Of a stretch of DNA of 64,000 nt, positions 59,501 to 64,000 are shown one piece after another. How positions within the stretch are numbered: position 1 is the first letter of the stretch; each line of letters opens with the position of its first letter. The stretch is from a virus (taxonomy: Duplodnaviria; Caudoviricetes). The stretch lies in the IMG/VR virus record IMGVR_UViG_3300021400_000063; one strand, written 5' to 3'. The translations under genes and the position numbers were made by a program. The notes under the pieces were generated by a model, which had not been told where the DNA came from, made no database searches, and worked only from the letters and a program-made list of their open reading frames with translations.

Positions 59501-62500
59501 TTATTCTTAGCAGTATTGTATGCTGTAAGAGCAAGTTGATATTGATGTTTAGCAGCTTCTACATCAGAATTTAAAGATTCAATTTCTGTAGAATTAGAAT
59601 TAGCTAATTCAGCATCATAAGCTTCTTGTGCGGCTGTTTCTTCAGCTACAGCAGTATCATATGCTGTTTGAGCTTCTTCTTTAGCAGCCAAAACACTATT
59701 ATAATTTGGATCATCTACAGCTGTATTATTTAAATCGTTAGTAGCAACGCTTAAATTTGTTTCTGCAGCTATTCTAATATTTGTTTTTTCTGTTAATGTT
59801 GATCTTAAAGCTTCTAATGTGGAAGCATTAGAATTACTTATTGCTTCTTCGAGAAGAGCAATCTTAGTATTATAATTTTCATTAGCAGTATTGAATGTTG
59901 TGAGAGCAGATTCTTCAGCTGTGACAGCAGTATTGTAAATATTTTGTACAGCTTCATATTCGGATCTAGCAGATTCTAAATTAATCTCTGCACTAGCAAC
60001 ACGTTCACTTGTATCTTTAAATGTGACATCTTTTACAGCTTTTAAGAAGTCATTAGCAATATATGTTTTACAACCAACACGAACCATTTCATTAGGAATA
60101 GCTGTAAAATTAACTCTATTTCTAACAATATTATTATTATCATCTAAATAAGTCTGGAAAGCTGCATTATGTTCAGTATCAATAGCAATGTTATAATCCC
60201 TATATGTATTATTTCTATTATACTGAGCATCAATGTCATCAATATTAATATTCCAATCCAAAGGAGAAAGAATATCAAGACACATAGCTTCTGTATTCCA
60301 GAAAATAATAGATTCGATATTGTTATACATGAAACCTTTTACGATTCCAATTAACTGACGATCATTAAATACATTTAAAATCATATCATTTGCTACATCA
60401 TAACCGTAGCTATTAACGATAAATGAATTTATATCTTCTGTAGGAGTAAATTCATTTATACTGAATTCTTCTTGTACGATTACAGCATAATCAGTATTAT
60501 TAGCAAAGATATCATCAATTTTAGCTTTAAATAAACCATATGAAATTGTATCTGAATTAGTTTCTATAATAGAACCATTTTCAGATATATTTAAAATTGG
60601 GAATTTACCACGTAATGAAATGAAAACATAATTAGATTCTGCATCTGAAGCTACGAAAATATTCTGAGTAACAAATCTATCATCGACGTCTATATAAGTC
60701 ATAGATCCATTTTCGACCATAACTTCATATTTAAGTTTAAATGTTTTAATAACATTTAAAGATTTATCAAATAATCCAAGGAGATTATCTTTACCCAAAA
60801 TCATAGCAAGTTGTGCTTTATGAGTTTTACCTGTTACACCAATAGCAGCCATTCTAGATTTCATATTGAATCTATTTGTTTCACTAGCATAATTACTTAT
60901 TATAATACCTGAATTTTCTTTATCGAAATAAATTTTATCTGTTTGATAATCTTCATCTTCATTAACAGGGTTATAATCTCTAATAGGTGTTTTACTTTCA
61001 TCATAGGTTTCCTGAATTGCTACTGTATAATTATTAACAATATATCTGTTAGAAAAACATTCTTCCAATTCAGCATTTCCCATATTAACAATAGCTACTA
61101 AAAGAGGAGCTATAGCATTATTTACTTCAATAAAACGTTTAGCATCTTCATAATAAACGTAAATATGGAATTTTTTAGAAATGATTTCATCATTTTCATC
61201 ATATTCAGTAGTTGTAAAAATACCAAATAAAGTATTAGCATAACTAAACAGATAATTATCATGTTTAATTTGGAATTCATCAGTAATAGGTGTTATAACA
61301 TCTATATCATAAAATCCGTTATGTTCTGTATTTGAAATATCTCTAGTTATTTTGGCGAAACCTTTTTCTACAATATTAGGGTTAGAACCTGAACCATTCA
61401 TTACATACAATTCACCATTATATGCAAAACATCTTCTAAACGAATAAATAAGATTTATATTATTTACATCTTCGAATTTAAATGATTTTGTTTTTGAATC
61501 CCAAGCATAATGTTTAGTTTCAGCATAAGGTTCATATGTAGAAATGATGATTTCATTATCGTATATATAGAAACAATCGATTACACCATCTTCAGAAAGT
61601 GTAAGAACATTTCTTAAGTTATTAAGTGTTTCACCATAGTAAATTACACCTTTATTATTTTCAATCTGTGTACCGATAACAAAAATATTTCCTTCGATAT
61701 CTTGTTTAATAGAAGTAATATTTACAGGTTTTATAAAACTCTGACTATATTCAGTAGTTACATCTACAAAACCGGTATCAAGATTCACAAATCTATAAAT
61801 AGATGCATTTTCTGTACCATTAGTAAATGCAAAAATATCACCATCGATATCAAATAAATCTGTAATAGTTACATCGTATGTTTTCTTATCACCAGTTACC
61901 CAATCAATAATATAAGTTTGATTATTACCATTTCCGTAAGCAACTATATAATTACCAACTTTTTTATAATATAATTTACGATTTTTATCATAAATATTTC
62001 TTACAAAAATACCATCTTCAATATCATTAATAATTGAATCTAATGATGTTTTACCGATGAGATATCCACCATCAATATCACCAATATTTCTAATAGAATC
62101 TATACCAATTTTTTCACATGTTAAATATGATGTACCGTCATGTGTATAACGAATACCTTCAACACCACAAATAACCCAAGTTAAGTTATCTAAATCAGTA
62201 TTGTTAGAGAAAACAGCAATAGAATCTTCATCAAATGTAAGATCAGTAATTACATGAACGAAATTATTTGGATCTGATGTAAGATTTACATAAAGTCCAT
62301 TAGATGTAAATGCAAATGCAATTTTATTATTTGTATCGCCGCAATAAGAAACATTATAAACACGAATACCGTTAAATACAGTAATAGGTTCGAGTTCTGT
62401 ACTAGATTCATCAGGAGTATAATATGCTCCACCAGCATCAGTAGTATCAATATAAATAAAATATCCTTCATAAGGATTATCTGAACCACCATTCAAACGA

Positions 62501-63987
62501 TCATTTTTACAAGAAATAGTTACAAAACGTTTATCAACATTCAGTAATGATGTAGAATTCTTAAAATAAGCTGGATGAATTGTATAATTTTTACTACCTT
62601 GACGTTCAACTAAAGCTAATGTATCAAGTTTACAAATTTCATAAGAATGTGTAATGGTAGAACCATTATCTGATAAATCATTTCCGAAAATATAAATATT
62701 ATTACTTTCTTCATTAATGATAGTTACACCATTAAATTTATTATTCTTATTTCTTGCAAGTTTTTTAATAGAACCACTATATGTAACATATCTAAGATAT
62801 TCTTTAGTTTTAATATTATAATCGTGATAAAATCCAAATCTAGAAGCGTTTATAGTACTAATAGTATGTACACGAATTACATCTTTATTGAAAACTATTC
62901 CGAAATACGAATCATTTACAATACATAATTTATATCCTTCTATGTTACTATTTATCCAACCTTTAATCATTGTTTCCGAACATTCATCAAAAGTCAAATA
63001 ATCGCTAGCATTATCGAGTTTAGCATAAAGAAGTTTTTTAAAAGGAATTAATTTTTCATCTTCAATATTAGCATCAATTATAATAGCATATAACTCATCA
63101 TAATATTCATTCTTCACTAAACCTAAAACTTTAAGTTTATCAGTATCGATTTCTTCATAGAATCGTTTATCAAATTTAAAAATTTTCTTATACCAAACTT
63201 TACCATTAGAAGATTCATAACAATCGTTATTTTCTGTAAAAATATATGACTTGTTTTTACAACTAATAGTTTGAGTTATTTTATCCTGTAAAGCTAATGG
63301 AATGTTCTGTTCATTTCCATCATTAAGAACCTTTCTCATTACAGGAATAGCGATTTCTTCATTTTTAAGATTTATACAAATATGATAACAAGTATCATAA
63401 TCTTCAATATTATCACATACAACCATGAAATCAAACATTGAAGAACCGACACATCCAACTGGAACAAGTTTGATATTACTGATAAAGTTAGATACGTTCT
63501 GCATAATATCTTTGAAATCTAATAATGCTACATCATCAAATTTAATAGCATCTGGAAGAATATCGTTATCATACAAATCTTTAATATTCAATTCGCTAGA
63601 GAAGAATTCAATAGTATGATCTGCTACAGAAATTCTACTAACATCATATTCAAATGCTGTACCATTTACAGTATCAGTTTTAGTTTCTGTTGTGAATTCA
63701 ACAGGTAAAATATCTTCTTGCTTAACACAAGGAATACTGATTACTTCATATGAATGTGGTCGAATAGTCTTAAGTTCAATTACTTTAGAACCAAATCCGA
63801 TATTAAGACTGTTGTTGATTTTACGAGCACCGTCACGAGATTTAACAAGTAAACCAGGAACAGATGTTTTTGTAAATTTTACACCATCATCAAGATGAAC
63901 AATATTCTTATTAGCAATGTTAGCTACTTTTTCTTCATACTTTCTAGTTGAAAGTAATTCTGAAGAATCAATATCAATATTCATCAT
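56596..63987 (-). CDS. Giant tail/adsorption protein: propeller-like repeats, coiled-coil insert, C-terminal DUF6273/C-type-lectin-like domain; may extend past the window edge
   Basis: 2463 aa; C-terminal VGDYF...VFLPTEYEIFG...CWLAN...GVRPCFML; frame open to position 64000 with no SD visible. Confidence 0.7.
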   Translation of the reverse strand: MMNIDIDSSELLSTRKYEEKVANIANKNIVHLDDGVKFTKTSVPGLLVKSRDGARKINNSLNIGFGSKVIELKTIRPHSYEVISIPCVKQEDILPVEFTTETKTDTVNGTAFEYDVSRISVADHTIEFFSSELNIKDLYDNDILPDAIKFDDVALLDFKDIMQNVSNFISNIKLVPVGCVGSSMFDFMVVCDNIEDYDTCYHICINLKNEEIAIPVMRKVLNDGNEQNIPLALQDKITQTISCKNKSYIFTENNDCYESSNGKVWYKKIFKFDKRFYEEIDTDKLKVLGLVKNEYYDELYAIIIDANIEDEKLIPFKKLLYAKLDNASDYLTFDECSETMIKGWINSNIEGYKLCIVNDSYFGIVFNKDVIRVHTISTINASRFGFYHDYNIKTKEYLRYVTYSGSIKKLARNKNNKFNGVTIINEESNNIYIFGNDLSDNGSTITHSYEICKLDTLALVERQGSKNYTIHPAYFKNSTSLLNVDKRFVTISCKNDRLNGGSDNPYEGYFIYIDTTDAGGAYYTPDESSTELEPITVFNGIRVYNVSYCGDTNNKIAFAFTSNGLYVNLTSDPNNFVHVITDLTFDEDSIAVFSNNTDLDNLTWVICGVEGIRYTHDGTSYLTCEKIGIDSIRNIGDIDGGYLIGKTSLDSIINDIEDGIFVRNIYDKNRKLYYKKVGNYIVAYGNGNNQTYIIDWVTGDKKTYDVTITDLFDIDGDIFAFTNGTENASIYRFVNLDTGFVDVTTEYSQSFIKPVNITSIKQDIEGNIFVIGTQIENNKGVIYYGETLNNLRNVLTLSEDGVIDCFYIYDNEIIISTYEPYAETKHYAWDSKTKSFKFEDVNNINLIYSFRRCFAYNGELYVMNGSGSNPNIVEKGFAKITRDISNTEHNGFYDIDVITPITDEFQIKHDNYLFSYANTLFGIFTTTEYDENDEIISKKFHIYVYYEDAKRFIEVNNAIAPLLVAIVNMGNAELEECFSNRYIVNNYTVAIQETYDESKTPIRDYNPVNEDEDYQTDKIYFDKENSGIIISNYASETNRFNMKSRMAAIGVTGKTHKAQLAMILGKDNLLGLFDKSLNVIKTFKLKYEVMVENGSMTYIDVDDRFVTQNIFVASDAESNYVFISLRGKFPILNISENGSIIETNSDTISYGLFKAKIDDIFANNTDYAVIVQEEFSINEFTPTEDINSFIVNSYGYDVANDMILNVFNDRQLIGIVKGFMYNNIESIIFWNTEAMCLDILSPLDWNINIDDIDAQYNRNNTYRDYNIAIDTEHNAAFQTYLDDNNNIVRNRVNFTAIPNEMVRVGCKTYIANDFLKAVKDVTFKDTSERVASAEINLESARSEYEAVQNIYNTAVTAEESALTTFNTANENYNTKIALLEEAISNSNASTLEALRSTLTEKTNIRIAAETNLSVATNDLNNTAVDDPNYNSVLAAKEEAQTAYDTAVAEETAAQEAYDAELANSNSTEIESLNSDVEAAKHQYQLALTAYNTAKNNTATAKINLDKATTAYETAQFIYDSMKSKSLIDTVTFDDGLVGKIDSNISIDRLSHTRFGALAWDSSVESGLNPNEHNDLHYVVKKSGDIVLDTFTGNGIRYYNKALNTRVGLFRWYDYVSAEDSGAVEGTTRRSNQYDTNSDEYNTGWAYFTPTGGGKVITINPGVGKYIYRMWDTPFGIFMSVRNYRYYGLSAVEYWSFKRLIAIPTNDNKAISIDDNRYFADLNCNEVKIVDCCITQNGLFITGHSNNKYVTLRYNGDDFYVINDNEFPIVSIIDTTDGTYFFTDQDNGNVYEFVPETEKLQVNTRYNPNIGNLQIAGKFGQRRTDVETAYGPQIVAKGGIYNLGYHKKTEFSDNLNDTSGNGPASLQKIRIYVNNEKDNLPVIAEYLASKGLPMDEDIKCIGSIMCNGLQVLINGLHIISENGISKKPLTVKFFIDKNARFTRNQESIEALLGNDPDKWDKDIGVISDYDSELGEYYDIPYQISKMNFIVLFEEFGNYLLDSNSEPVVYTTKSLPIIDIENDYVYLNVSTKTYLNGTLIGFKNEREIIGSGLILQYVENSIDFANKQFKFTVLANSGVIANNETQFTAQFTTTNTTKYSNGKCSGYITGCKYQGIALNIQPEYTDISPDVLGLEVTTIDSGDNIITNIDEHSDSVNIQHTINYYCINENGEQLLDDAITDYSTESGTINQILTDANNANDYNFNTIIKNAKNEIIVDTDSMNIIDRLGVETLSDAASMLLNDTDGAKSKVYVGDYFELGGYVWRSNSDETPTFPAGFAKYVLVERTSDGHLIFMSSERHKLISEPGQALTWEQLITNNMLETILLPQLQSRLGITPVSYTRKSDISHLTNKTVFLPTEYEIFGEYTLQVENERYSGERQWEIFNFTKKPNRKIFRRDVITRNGYTNEYAPSDDNNGYGCWLANTSINDEYASTLCRPSNSDNYGYAYHDKMTNAYYGVRPCFML

Positions 63988-64000
63988 CTTTACAGTTTTA

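Noticed and set aside
1-64000. Stop-codon reassignment (TAG/TGA), common in some AT-rich jumbo phages; prompted by TAG stops followed shortly by TAA at 15796 and 34219
   Set aside because: Genes up to 2763 aa are uninterrupted in the standard code, coding density is already high, and TAG stops at 34219 and 35344 simply overlap the next SD
1-64000. CRISPR array, tRNA, rRNA, tmRNA, integrase, transposase, reverse transcriptase
   Set aside because: No regularly spaced repeats, cloverleafs or catalytic motifs recognised; intergenic gaps are short and mostly explained

Overview
Very AT-rich, densely coding segment of a jumbo tailed bacteriophage resembling the phiKZ/AR9(PBS1) group, read with the standard genetic code. 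The left half holds head and replication genes: terminase large subunit, probable major capsid protein, acidic scaffold-like proteins, DnaB-like helicase, neck protein, T4 gp21-type prohead protease, dNMP kinase, SbcC/Rad50 ATPase and an HU-like protein. Small ORFs under early-type promoters are interspersed. The right half holds a primase, baseplate proteins and about 25 kb of giant tail/adsorption proteins, with six GT2 glycosyltransferase paralogues in two clusters among them. Two phage-type promoter motifs can be read directly: TATATT(A)T-N5-TG (early-like) and ACA-N6-T(A/G) (late-like, AR9-like). About 20 hairpin terminators are also visible. The most notable candidates are: (i) a GT2 array whose members share near-identical DNA patches in direct and inverted orientation, a possible recombining virion/DNA glycosylation system; (ii) several unannotated structured RNAs, one exposing an anti-Shine-Dalgarno sequence; (iii) a DGR-target-like C-terminal domain on a 2463-aa tail protein. 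No tRNA, rRNA, CRISPR array, reverse transcriptase or RNA polymerase gene was seen. All functional calls come from motif recognition by eye, not database searches.
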